Assembly (NCBI GenBank): GCA_030065935.1
Contig: JASJCP010000029.1
Span: 1,798-65,797 of the forward strand
Reading direction: 5' to 3'
Source of the DNA: Xenococcaceae cyanobacterium MO_167.B27
Lineage (GTDB): Bacteria; Cyanobacteriota; Cyanobacteriia; Cyanobacteriales; Xenococcaceae
Length of the DNA: 64,000 nt
The notes under the pieces were generated by a model. The model was not told the DNA's origin, did no database searches, and saw only the letters and a list, made by a program, of their open reading frames with translations. Shown here in pieces: positions 26,926-35,160 of the stretch (positions are counted from its first letter, which is position 1; each line of letters begins with the position of its first letter). The position numbers were made by a program, and so were the translations under genes.

Positions 26926-28275
26926 ATGTCCAAGTATGACTCCCATCTGAAATGCTCTTTTTGTGGCAAATCCCAAGAACAAGTACGTAAACTAATTGCA
27001 GGCCCCGGGGTCTATATTTGCGATGAATGTGTAGAATTGTGTAACGAAATTTTAGATGAAGAGTTAATTGAAGAAGGAAAGAATAATGTATCTTCCTCAA
27101 ATACTCCTGTAGTCAATAAACCTGAGAAAAGACGTACTTCTTCCCGAGGAATTTCTTTTCGGGATTTACCAAAGCCCATAGAAATTAAAAGATACTTAGA
27201 TGATCATGTCATAGGACAGGAAGAAGCAAAAAAAGTCCTTTCGGTGGCTGTCTATAATCATTACAAAAGACTGAGCCTTAAAAATAGCGAACAACAACAT
27301 GACGACACTGTAGAGTTACAAAAGTCCAATGTTTTGTTGATGGGACCGACAGGTTGTGGTAAAACTTTACTGGCACAAACCTTAGCTAAAATATTGGATG
27401 TACCTTTCGCTGTTGCAGATGCTACTACTCTTACAGAAGCAGGGTATGTAGGAGAAGATGTAGAAAATATCTTGTTGCGTTTATTGCAAGTAGCAGACTT
27501 GGATGTAGAAGAGGCTCAAAGAGGGATTATATACATAGACGAAATTGACAAAATAGCCCGTAAAAGTGAAAATCCTTCTATAACCCGCGATGTTTCTGGA
27601 GAGGGAGTACAACAAGCATTACTCAAAATGCTGGAAGGAACAGTGGCTAATGTACCACCACAAGGGGGCAGAAAACACCCTTACCAAGATTGTATTCAAA
27701 TTGATACCAGTAATATCCTATTTATCTGTGGTGGTGCTTTTGTGGGGTTGGATAAGGTTGTAGAAAGAAGAATCGGCAAAAAAGGAGGAGTCATGGGTTT
27801 TGAAATTGACCCTTCTACTGATATTAATCAACCCAAAGAGCAAAGAGCAGCCAATTTATTACAACAGTTAGAACCAGATGATATGGTCAAGTATGGGATG
27901 ATTCCCGAGTTTGTAGGGCGCATTCCCGTGATGGCTGCTTTAGAACCTCTGGATGAAGAAGCATTAATGGCAATTCTGACCAAACCTCGCAACGCTCTGG
28001 TAAGACAGTATCAGAAGTTGCTGCAAATGGATAATATTCAATTGGAATTTGAGGAAGCAGCAATTAGAGCTATAGCCCAAGAAGCTTATCGCCGTAAAAC
28101 AGGTGCAAGAGCATTAAGGGGTATTGTAGAAGAATTAATGCTGGAAGTAATGTATGAGTTACCATCTCGTAAAGATGTACAAAAATGTACTGTTACCAAA
28201 GAAATGGTGGAAAAACGTTCTACAGCCGAGTTATTACTACATCCTACCTCTTTTAGGAAGTCTGAATCCGCTTAG
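26926..28275 (+). CDS. clpX: ATP-dependent Clp protease ATP-binding subunit ClpX
   Basis: N-terminal zinc-binding CSFCGK...CDEC, Walker A GPTGCGKT and Walker [10 protein letters not shown]. Confidence 0.95.
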   Translation: MSKYDSHLKCSFCGKSQEQVRKLIAGPGVYICDECVELCNEILDEELIEEGKNNVSSSNTPVVNKPEKRRTSSRGISFRDLPKPIEIKRYLDDHVIGQEEAKKVLSVAVYNHYKRLSLKNSEQQHDDTVELQKSNVLLMGPTGCGKTLLAQTLAKILDVPFAVADATTLTEAGYVGEDVENILLRLLQVADLDVEEAQRGIIYIDEIDKIARKSENPSITRDVSGEGVQQALLKMLEGTVANVPPQGGRKHPYQDCIQIDTSNILFICGGAFVGLDKVVERRIGKKGGVMGFEIDPSTDINQPKEQRAANLLQQLEPDDMVKYGMIPEFVGRIPVMAALEPLDEEALMAILTKPRNALVRQYQKLLQMDNIQLEFEEAAIRAIAQEAYRRKTGARALRGIVEELMLEVMYELPSRKDVQKCTVTKEMVEKRSTAELLLHPTSFRKSESA

Positions 28276-28459
28276 TTCTAAAGATAATACAATGAACGGA
28301 AGTGGTTAAAGTCCACAAGCTAGTACTTTAGTCTTTAGAGGTAAGGCTACACAAACCAATAAATTTGTGTAGAGTTGAATTAACAGTAATCTTAATAATT
28401 GATTTGATTAATTGTGGTTAATCTGTTAGATAAAAAGAAAAAGATTATCTTTCTAATAT

Positions 28460-29338
28460 ATGTTTCAAAGCTGTCTTGTCTGCACTGATCTTACTGATGG
28501 TTTATACCGTTTAGTTGAGTTTGTCCCCGATTTAGCGAAAGGGGGATTAAACAAGATTATTTTCTTTACTAGTGTTCCCTTGTGGGAAGAAGGGGAAGTT
28601 CCCAGGGTGGATACAGAAAAAGTCCAACAAGCACAAGAACTGCTGGATAAAGCTCTATCCAATGTACCACAGGGAGTAGAAGTTAAAGTAGAAGTCGCTT
28701 CAGGAAAACCCCTAGATACCATACCCCGTGTTTTACAAAATAATCAGGTAGATGTGATCTTAACGGGTACTCCCATCAAAAGCTTACTAGAACAAAAGTT
28801 TTTTGGGAGTACTAGTGTCGGTTTATCTAAGTTAACGGAAAAACCGTTGACTATAATTCGCCCTCAGTTGATTACAACTTATACTCAAGAAGAACTAAGT
28901 TTGCGTTGTCAGCACTTGTGGCGGTATTTATTAATTCCTTACAATGATAGTAAATCTGCTCAATATCTGATAGAACAGATCGAGTTGTATGTTAAACAAT
29001 GTCCTACAAGTTCTTTAACAAAATGTATGTTGATTTCGGTAGTGGACAAGGTAGTGAGGGAAGAAGTATTAAAAGAGTATCGTATTAAAGAAGCACAAGA
29101 GAAATTAGAATCAGTAAAAGCGCAGTTAGAAGCACTGGGGATTACTGTAAATACAGAGGTGAGAGAAGGAAATCCTTTACAAGAAATTATGGATGCTGCT
29201 TTAGAGTTTGATATCAGCGCGATTGCGACCGCCACAACCTCTGGTAATTCCCTTTTAGAGTTTACTGCTCCTAGCTTTGCTAATGATGTAATTCGTCGTA
29301 GTTGGTTTCCTGTACTTTTCTTTTCTCCCAAAAAATAG
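28460..29338 (+). CDS. Tandem universal stress protein (UspA-family) domain protein
   Basis: 292 aa with two Usp-like halves. Assigned by overall resemblance only. Confidence 0.55.
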   Translation: MFQSCLVCTDLTDGLYRLVEFVPDLAKGGLNKIIFFTSVPLWEEGEVPRVDTEKVQQAQELLDKALSNVPQGVEVKVEVASGKPLDTIPRVLQNNQVDVILTGTPIKSLLEQKFFGSTSVGLSKLTEKPLTIIRPQLITTYTQEELSLRCQHLWRYLLIPYNDSKSAQYLIEQIELYVKQCPTSSLTKCMLISVVDKVVREEVLKEYRIKEAQEKLESVKAQLEALGITVNTEVREGNPLQEIMDAALEFDISAIATATTSGNSLLEFTAPSFANDVIRRSWFPVLFFSPKK

Positions 29339-29409
29339 CTTTTCTGTGTTCTCTGTTACTTGATGTGAGAAGATGAACGAATAACTATTAATCAAAGTAA
29401 AGAAAAATT

Positions 29410-29745
29410 ATGGCAGAAATTCAGTTTTCCAGAGGAATCAAAGAAGAAGTTGTACCAGATATTAGAGTGACTCGTTCTCGTAATGCTGATGGAGGCATAG
29501 CAACTTTTTATTTTGATTCTCCTCAAGCTTTAAACGATGATAGCACTGTTGAGATTACAGGAATGTATCTGGTAGATGATGAAGGAGAGATTATCACCAG
29601 AGATGTGAAAGGAAAGTTTATTAATGGAAAACCATCTGCAATTGAAGCTAAGTTGCTCATGAACTCTGCTGGTGAGTGGGAGCGATTTATTCGTTTTATG
29701 GACAAGTATGCTGAAGAGAATGGTTTAGGATTAACTAAATCATAA
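29410..29745 (+). CDS. psb28: Photosystem II assembly factor Psb28
   Basis: 111 aa: [33 protein letters not shown]...[11 protein letters not shown]...W.RFIRFM. The length and motifs are typical of Psb28. Confidence 0.85.
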   Translation: MAEIQFSRGIKEEVVPDIRVTRSRNADGGIATFYFDSPQALNDDSTVEITGMYLVDDEGEIITRDVKGKFINGKPSAIEAKLLMNSAGEWERFIRFMDKYAEENGLGLTKS

Positions 29746-29854
29746 ATTAATAGAGGAACTCCGAAGGAGGTAAGAGGTTATGTGGTTTTGTTTGATTTCA
29801 ATTTGAACGACAAACCCTTGCAGAGCGTGGACTTTTACTTTCTTCGGAGTTACT

Positions 29855-29882
29855 GTATCCGCAATGGGTGAATTGCGGATAC
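29855..29882 (+). terminator. 11-bp perfect hairpin (gtatccgcaat gggtga attgcggatac) followed by a T-rich tract; possible psb28 terminator or IS-end hairpin
   Basis: The stem was read directly and is followed by cgctttcttaaaaactcttttctt. It also abuts the tnpA fragment. Confidence 0.4.
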
Positions 29883-29891
29883 CGCTTTCTT

Positions 29892-30062
29892 AAAAACTCT
29901 TTTCTTAAAATAAACCTTAGAAACTATTGATTCAAACTTACGCCACATTGTTTTAGATGATGTAGCTTTGAAGTTAGCTATTAAACTACTCAATAATTTG
30001 TGAGGTGGATAAGACACAATTAAGTGGGCATGGTCTTTCTCACAATTAAATTCTATAAAATA
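29892..30062 (-). pseudogene. tnpA: IS200/IS605-family TnpA (Y1 HUH transposase) fragment
   Basis: The minus-strand translation is IEFNCEKDHAHLIVSYPPHKLLSSLIANFKATSSKTMWRKF...YFKKRVF. This matches the HUH region (DHVHLL..YPP...S.L.N.LK..SS) of TnpA. No N-terminus or catalytic-Tyr region is present. Confidence 0.6.
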
Positions 30063-30245
30063 AGATAAGCTGCTGCTGAAAGAGCAAAACAGCTAGATCA
30101 AGACCTTGAACTACACAAAGCAGAAATGTTACGGCAAATCGAAGCAATCAACCAACGTCAACAACAACGAAACACCGAAATTAACTTAGAAGATTCTGAA
30201 CATTAATAACGATAATTCGATTTTATAAGCGATCTGGAAGTTAAA

Positions 30246-30515
30246 CTACTGCTTTTTGCTTAAATCAAACTCTTCAAGGTAATAAGATTCATCAACTTCT
30301 ATCAAACGTTTCTTACCTTTTTGAAGTTCCAAGGTTTTCCCTGGTTCAGGTGGTTTGGGAGTATCGGGGTCATTGCTATATCCGTCATCACCACCGTTAC
30401 TAGAATTGAATAACGAGAATAACCAAGCAACTAGCAGACCGAATAAATAGGCTGATGCTAGGAGAATAATAATTCTGAATGCTATTAAAAACATAGTCTT
30501 TCTCCTTAGTACCAC
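30246..30515 (-). CDS. Small hypothetical membrane protein
   Basis: 89-aa ORF with one TM segment. There is no recognisable family. Confidence 0.35.
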   Translation of the reverse strand: MVLRRKTMFLIAFRIIILLASAYLFGLLVAWLFSLFNSSNGGDDGYSNDPDTPKPPEPGKTLELQKGKKRLIEVDESYYLEEFDLSKKQ

Positions 30516-30719
30516 TGGCAGCTATGGGTTTTGAAGAGTCTTCGTTTCTTAATTATACAGTCTTTTTTCCCCGAACCTCTCCCTTAATTTTGTGTATCGG
30601 TGAATAAGTTTAACTTGTTTAACCGGAATAAATATCTATTTGTCAAGTATGCTTTACAAAAATTCAGATAGTTGTTATATTAGTTAACATAGAAGAGTAA
30701 CAAAACAGAGGAACGCCCT

Positions 30720-30890
30720 ATGTACACCAGACAATTAGATAACGGAACTCTTAACAACTATGCTGTTGAACCTAAAATGACTTACGCGGAGTATCCCGCA
30801 GTATGGGAACAAAAACGCTATCTACAACAAGGCGCGATCGCTACACTATTAGTTACAGCATTAGTTTTAGTTTCTTTCTTCGTCAGCTAA
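30720..30890 (+). CDS. Psb34-like (ssl1498-family, single-helix light-harvesting-like) small protein
   Basis: A hand-found 56-aa ORF below the ORF-track cutoff: MYTRQLDNGTLNNYAVEPKMTYAEYPAVWEQKRYLQQGAIATLLVTALVLVSFFVS. The LNN[FY]A.EPK.Y motif plus a C-terminal TM helix matches my recollection of the ssl1498/Psb34 family. Confidence 0.6.
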   Translation: MYTRQLDNGTLNNYAVEPKMTYAEYPAVWEQKRYLQQGAIATLLVTALVLVSFFVS

Positions 30891-31150
30891 TCCTTTGAAA
30901 CAAACCAATTTAAACAACAACTTTGATTAACTTGCATCAGATTTTATCTGAAGTCAACATTGATTTTCTCCTACTTAACCTTGGTATGTGCGCCGAGGTT
31001 TTTTACTGTTTACCTCAACCAAATTGGTAATGTATTGCAAACGCTAGGTTATTAATTACAAATAATGAGATTTACGCTAACTATGGGACGATAGAAACTA
31101 ACGGACAATTAACTACAACTTAATCATTAAGTAGTTTGATTTTAAGAACT

Positions 31151-31510
31151 ATGAAACTTATATTTGTTTACAATGCGGATAGTGGTTGGATGAACACCCT
31201 CATAGATATCGGACATAAAGCACTTAGCCCTCAAACTTATGAATGTAATCTCTGTGGTCTGACTTTTGGGCTAGTTAGCGAACATAAACAGTGGAAGCAA
31301 TTTAGAGAAGAATCAGATACAGAGATGGAGTTTTTGCACAGAGATGAATTTGAGCAAAAATATGCTCGGAAATTTAAGTATCCAGTGATTCTCAAAGAGG
31401 ATAACGATCTTAGTGTTGCGATTTCTCAAGCAGAGTTAAACCAGATTAAAACACTAGATGAGTTGATTTCTCAGGTAAAAATAGTTAGCAAAATGCCAGG
31501 AAGTAGGTAA
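31151..31510 (+). CDS. Conserved hypothetical protein (C.LC motif)
   Basis: ORF with preferred start MKLIFVYNADSG. Function unknown. Confidence 0.5.
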   Translation: MKLIFVYNADSGWMNTLIDIGHKALSPQTYECNLCGLTFGLVSEHKQWKQFREESDTEMEFLHRDEFEQKYARKFKYPVILKEDNDLSVAISQAELNQIKTLDELISQVKIVSKMPGSR

Positions 31511-32103
31511 TGATGAGCGATCGCAGATAAACCAGCTTCTGTTCCTAATTTCTCTCGTTGCTGCCGACTGTACAATCTCATTTCACCAATCCAGGGGATA
31601 AAACTCGAAAAATTATTTTCTCCTCTGTAGCCATCAACTAAGTAAAAGCATCCGCCTGGAGTAAGAACCCGGGTGACTTGCTCAAAAACTTGCTTTGGAT
31701 GAGGATAATGAAGAAAGCTCATGGTACAGAAAACAGCATCAAACTGTTCATCAGCAAAAGAAAGAGCTTCTGCTTTGCCCCTGACAAAAATTAATCTCTT
31801 TCGGTATTGATTTCGCGCTCTTGCCTCCACAAGCATTTTAGGAGAAAGGTCTAACCCAATTGCCTTCACCGTAGGAAACTTGGCAGCAAGACGATTCATT
31901 AGCCGACCTGTACCGCATCCTAAATCAAGAACCGAGGCATTTTCTTTTAACTCCACATACTCTAGTAGCCTTTGATGAATTGCTTGGTAAAAGACGCTGG
32001 TGAACCAGCAATCATAGTAAGAAGCCCAAAGATTAAAGAAATTTTCTTTCTGTTGGTAAAAATTGTTAGTCATTGACTTTGAGGAGTTAGCGATCGCTAA
32101 CAT
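31471..32103 (-). CDS. Class I SAM-dependent methyltransferase
   Basis: VLDLGCGTGRL (motif I) and FDAVFCTMSFLH. Confidence 0.8.
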   Translation of the reverse strand: MLAIANSSKSMTNNFYQQKENFFNLWASYYDCWFTSVFYQAIHQRLLEYVELKENASVLDLGCGTGRLMNRLAAKFPTVKAIGLDLSPKMLVEARARNQYRKRLIFVRGKAEALSFADEQFDAVFCTMSFLHYPHPKQVFEQVTRVLTPGGCFYLVDGYRGENNFSSFIPWIGEMRLYSRQQREKLGTEAGLSAIAHHYLLPGILLTIFT

Positions 32104-32278
32104 GGCTGAGTTCTGAATTCATTACCAATTATTTCATTCATTATCTAGTTGAAATAATTTCTTCTAATAAATCCGAAGGCGCGGATAAATAAATGTTTCA
32201 TCATGTTGTTCGGAAATAGTATTAATCTACAGGAAAATTAATGTTTTCTCGGTTGAGCGCGATCGCTCTTTACTCTCA

Positions 32279-32605
32279 ATGACCAACATTTTTGATTTAC
32301 CCTCATCTCTGCCGAACAAAGAACTATTTGAATCAATAGTATCTACTGACAATATTTTAATTGAGAGAATTATCTCTACTGGTCAAACTACACCACCAGA
32401 GGAATGGTACGACCAAGCTAAAGATGAGTGGGTAATTTTGTTACAGGGAGAGGCTATTTTATCTTATGCCGATGGCTCACAAATTAAGCTCACAGCAGGA
32501 GATTATCTATTTATACCAGCCCATCAAAAGCATCGCGTTGAATACACCAGTTCTGAACCTCCCTGTATCTGGTTAGCTGTTCATGGAAACATGAGTAAGG
32601 TTTAA
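32279..32605 (+). CDS. Cupin domain protein
   Basis: 108 aa; the EW.ILL.G.A...GD...IPA...H.V pattern fits a small cupin. Confidence 0.65.
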   Translation: MTNIFDLPSSLPNKELFESIVSTDNILIERIISTGQTTPPEEWYDQAKDEWVILLQGEAILSYADGSQIKLTAGDYLFIPAHQKHRVEYTSSEPPCIWLAVHGNMSKV

Positions 32606-32623
32606 ATAACTATTTGTTACAGA

Positions 32624-32652
32624 GATGGCAATTTGCCAGCAGTTTTTTTTTG
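32624..32652 (+). terminator. Probable intrinsic terminator after the cupin gene
   Basis: A short stem (tggca att tgcca) is followed by a run of ten T. Confidence 0.45.
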
Positions 32653-32723
32653 TTTGATGCAAGATCGTATTATCAGAATAAATATCAAATGTCCTCAATC
32701 GATGCAACAGGGAGGATTTAAAA

Positions 32724-32933
32724 ATGAGTGAAAAAAATTATGTTTTAATTTCGGCAACTATTTTTGCTTTAGTTGCACTCTTACATTGTGTTAGACTGTT
32801 TACTCACTGGTCATTTCAAATTGGTGCTGTCACTGTTCCGCTCTGGGGGTCATGGCTCGGACTTTTAATTGGAGCTACATTGAGCATCTGGGCGTTTCGC
32901 CTGTTATCTCAGTGGAAGATTAGTCACCAATAA
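32724..32933 (+). CDS. Small two-TM membrane protein
   Basis: 69-aa hydrophobic ORF. Confidence 0.4.
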   Translation: MSEKNYVLISATIFALVALLHCVRLFTHWSFQIGAVTVPLWGSWLGLLIGATLSIWAFRLLSQWKISHQ

Positions 32934-33077
32934 TCACCCTCGTGATTATTGGGAAAATTGCCCTATTTAATATTGGCGATTTCAGCCAAGCTGAAATTCA
33001 GTTGCAAACAGTGAGCAGTATGCAGTAGGGATGGTGGAGGTTAAGCTAGTGCTATCTAAACAATTCCCAGGTTAACC

Positions 33078-33236
33078 TTACTGTGCTGGTTCAAAATCCG
33101 ATTGCTCCGCTCCGCAAACAGGACATACCCAATCTTCTGGTAAATCCTCAAAGGCTGTTCCTGGCTCAATGCCGTTATCTGGATCGCCTATTTCTGGGTC
33201 GTATTCGTAGCCACAAACCGAGCAAGTATATTTCAT
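33078..33236 (-). CDS. Rubredoxin
   Basis: [14 protein letters not shown]...WVCPVCGA carries two CxxCG knuckles. I prefer the start at 33236. Confidence 0.9.
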   Translation of the reverse strand: MKYTCSVCGYEYDPEIGDPDNGIEPGTAFEDLPEDWVCPVCGAEQSDFEPAQ

Positions 33237-33542
33237 GGTGTTTCTTATAAAAGCTCTTCTCACTACTTGTCATGCTAGAAGAGACAATTTCAAGAGAATA
33301 TTAAATTAAATTAAATTCCCAACTTAACTGAGATGATCTTGGACACGCAAGTAGCCGATCTGGGAAGCCCACCGCTTTACTTAAAGAACAGGACGGTATT
33401 CGTTAGGATAGTGCGCTCATGATTATCGGACTATATCTCAAGAGGGTCGGCAAAATATACTATTGAATTTTCTCAAGGTGAAGACTGGTAATGGACTACA
33501 TTATCGATTTACAATCCCCTGTGCTTTAAGCCAGGGGATTAC

Positions 33543-34955
33543 TCAACGTAATAAACGTCTTTTAAATTTGATTTGCAATTCAGCATTAGGAATTTGTTGA
33601 GCAAGAGCGTTGACGAGAGCTTCTGGAGAGGAAATATTTTTTTGCGCTAAAGCTTCTTCGAGAATTAAATTAGCCATAGGTCCGATAAAATAAGCTAATT
33701 CTTGATGACAAAGGTTGATAAAATCAGAATCTAAACTATTGGGTTGTGGTTTTTGATTAAATCCTTGGGATTTAATTTCCGATGAATTGCTGTAAACTGG
33801 GTTAACAATCATCGTATCATCGAAGAAAGCATCATTTTTTGGCTGGTTATCAGATGAAAGATTGGGCTGTTGTCGATCTTTCTTCCCAGAAGTAGAATTA
33901 GCAGCACTGGGATTTACAATCATTGTCTCTTCAATATGACTTGACTTGGGTTGTGCGCCCAAGTATTGCTTCGCTGAAGGCGAGATTTGATTGTGACCAG
34001 CTACTAATTTTTGCTGAGACTTGGATTTTGTAGTTTTCTCTGGGTTCGTTCTTTGAATGATAGTATCTATATCAGCAAAATATCTTTCTAAATCTTTTAA
34101 AGTTTCCTTAGCAGATTGATATCGTTCCAGAGGTCGCTCTTCGGTCATTTTATCTATAAAAGCAGCAAACCCAGGACTTACTCGAACGTATTTTTGCCAT
34201 TGCCATTCTAAAGAGTACTGATCTAATAGTGCAGTGGGTTCTTGTCCTGTTAACATTACTAAAGCGGTGACACCCAAGGAGTAAAGATCGCTACTGGGGG
34301 AGCATCTTCCCATACTAATTTGCTCTCTGGGAGCATAACCAATTTTGCCCACAAAAGACATCTTTCCTACATAAGAATGATGTCCTCTTCCCAGTTTGGA
34401 GTCTTGGGAGATATTAGGATTAGTGAGCTTTCCTACTCCAAAATCAATTAGTACTGGTAATTCTTCTCCTTCAGGCTGCATAATATTATCGGGAGAGATA
34501 TCACGATGAATGATACCCTTTTCGTGGATGTAATCTAGGATGGGGAGAATATCCATCAACCATTTAATTATTTCTTGCTCACTAAAAGCTTGTTGTTTTT
34601 TTTGGCGTTCTTGTAGTAATTGAGAGTAAGTTTTTCCGTTGACAAATTCTTGTACCAGGAATAATCGTCCTTGACCTTCAAAACAAGCCAGAAATTTGGG
34701 AATTTGGGGATGGCTGATACGATGTAGGATTTTAGCTTCTCTTTTGAACAAATCACGAGATTTTTCTAGGTCATACTGTCCAGAACCCCATGGGGCAAAT
34801 TCTTTGAGAACGCAAGGTTCGTTAAAGCGATGGGTATCAAACGCTAGATAAGTACGTCCTAAACCCCCTTGTCCCAAAATTTTCTGAATCTGATAACGAT
34901 TATCTATAATCGTGCCAAAACTGATTTCTTCTGTTCCGATAGTAAATTTGGACAT
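33543..34955 (-). CDS. Ser/Thr protein kinase (soluble; C-terminal low-complexity region and helical domain)
   Basis: GQGGLGRTY, HRDISPDN and DFGVGK. The motif TMIVNP occurs twice in the tail. Confidence 0.9.
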   Translation of the reverse strand: MSKFTIGTEEISFGTIIDNRYQIQKILGQGGLGRTYLAFDTHRFNEPCVLKEFAPWGSGQYDLEKSRDLFKREAKILHRISHPQIPKFLACFEGQGRLFLVQEFVNGKTYSQLLQERQKKQQAFSEQEIIKWLMDILPILDYIHEKGIIHRDISPDNIMQPEGEELPVLIDFGVGKLTNPNISQDSKLGRGHHSYVGKMSFVGKIGYAPREQISMGRCSPSSDLYSLGVTALVMLTGQEPTALLDQYSLEWQWQKYVRVSPGFAAFIDKMTEERPLERYQSAKETLKDLERYFADIDTIIQRTNPEKTTKSKSQQKLVAGHNQISPSAKQYLGAQPKSSHIEETMIVNPSAANSTSGKKDRQQPNLSSDNQPKNDAFFDDTMIVNPVYSNSSEIKSQGFNQKPQPNSLDSDFINLCHQELAYFIGPMANLILEEALAQKNISSPEALVNALAQQIPNAELQIKFKRRLLR

Positions 34956-35160
34956 TGTTGTTCAACCCTTAGCTTATGATTGACTATTGATTCATACTTT
35001 TAAATAATAATGTCTCTCACTATAAGTCTATAGGAATGGACTTAGATTTATATGTCATAAAATTACAAAAAAATTACGGGAAAATCACTCTTTTCCCGAC
35101 TTTCCTGTCATAATGCAAGCAATTTAGCTTGCGAGAATAGTTTACTAAAGTTAAAAACTG

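Noticed and set aside
30062-30206. Plus-strand stop-terminated frame encoding ...AAERAKQLDQDLELHKAEMLRQIEAINQRQQQRNTEINLEDSEH
   Set aside because: There is no start codon in frame, and it sits beside the tnpA fragment. It is probably a gene remnant disrupted by the transposon and cannot be identified.
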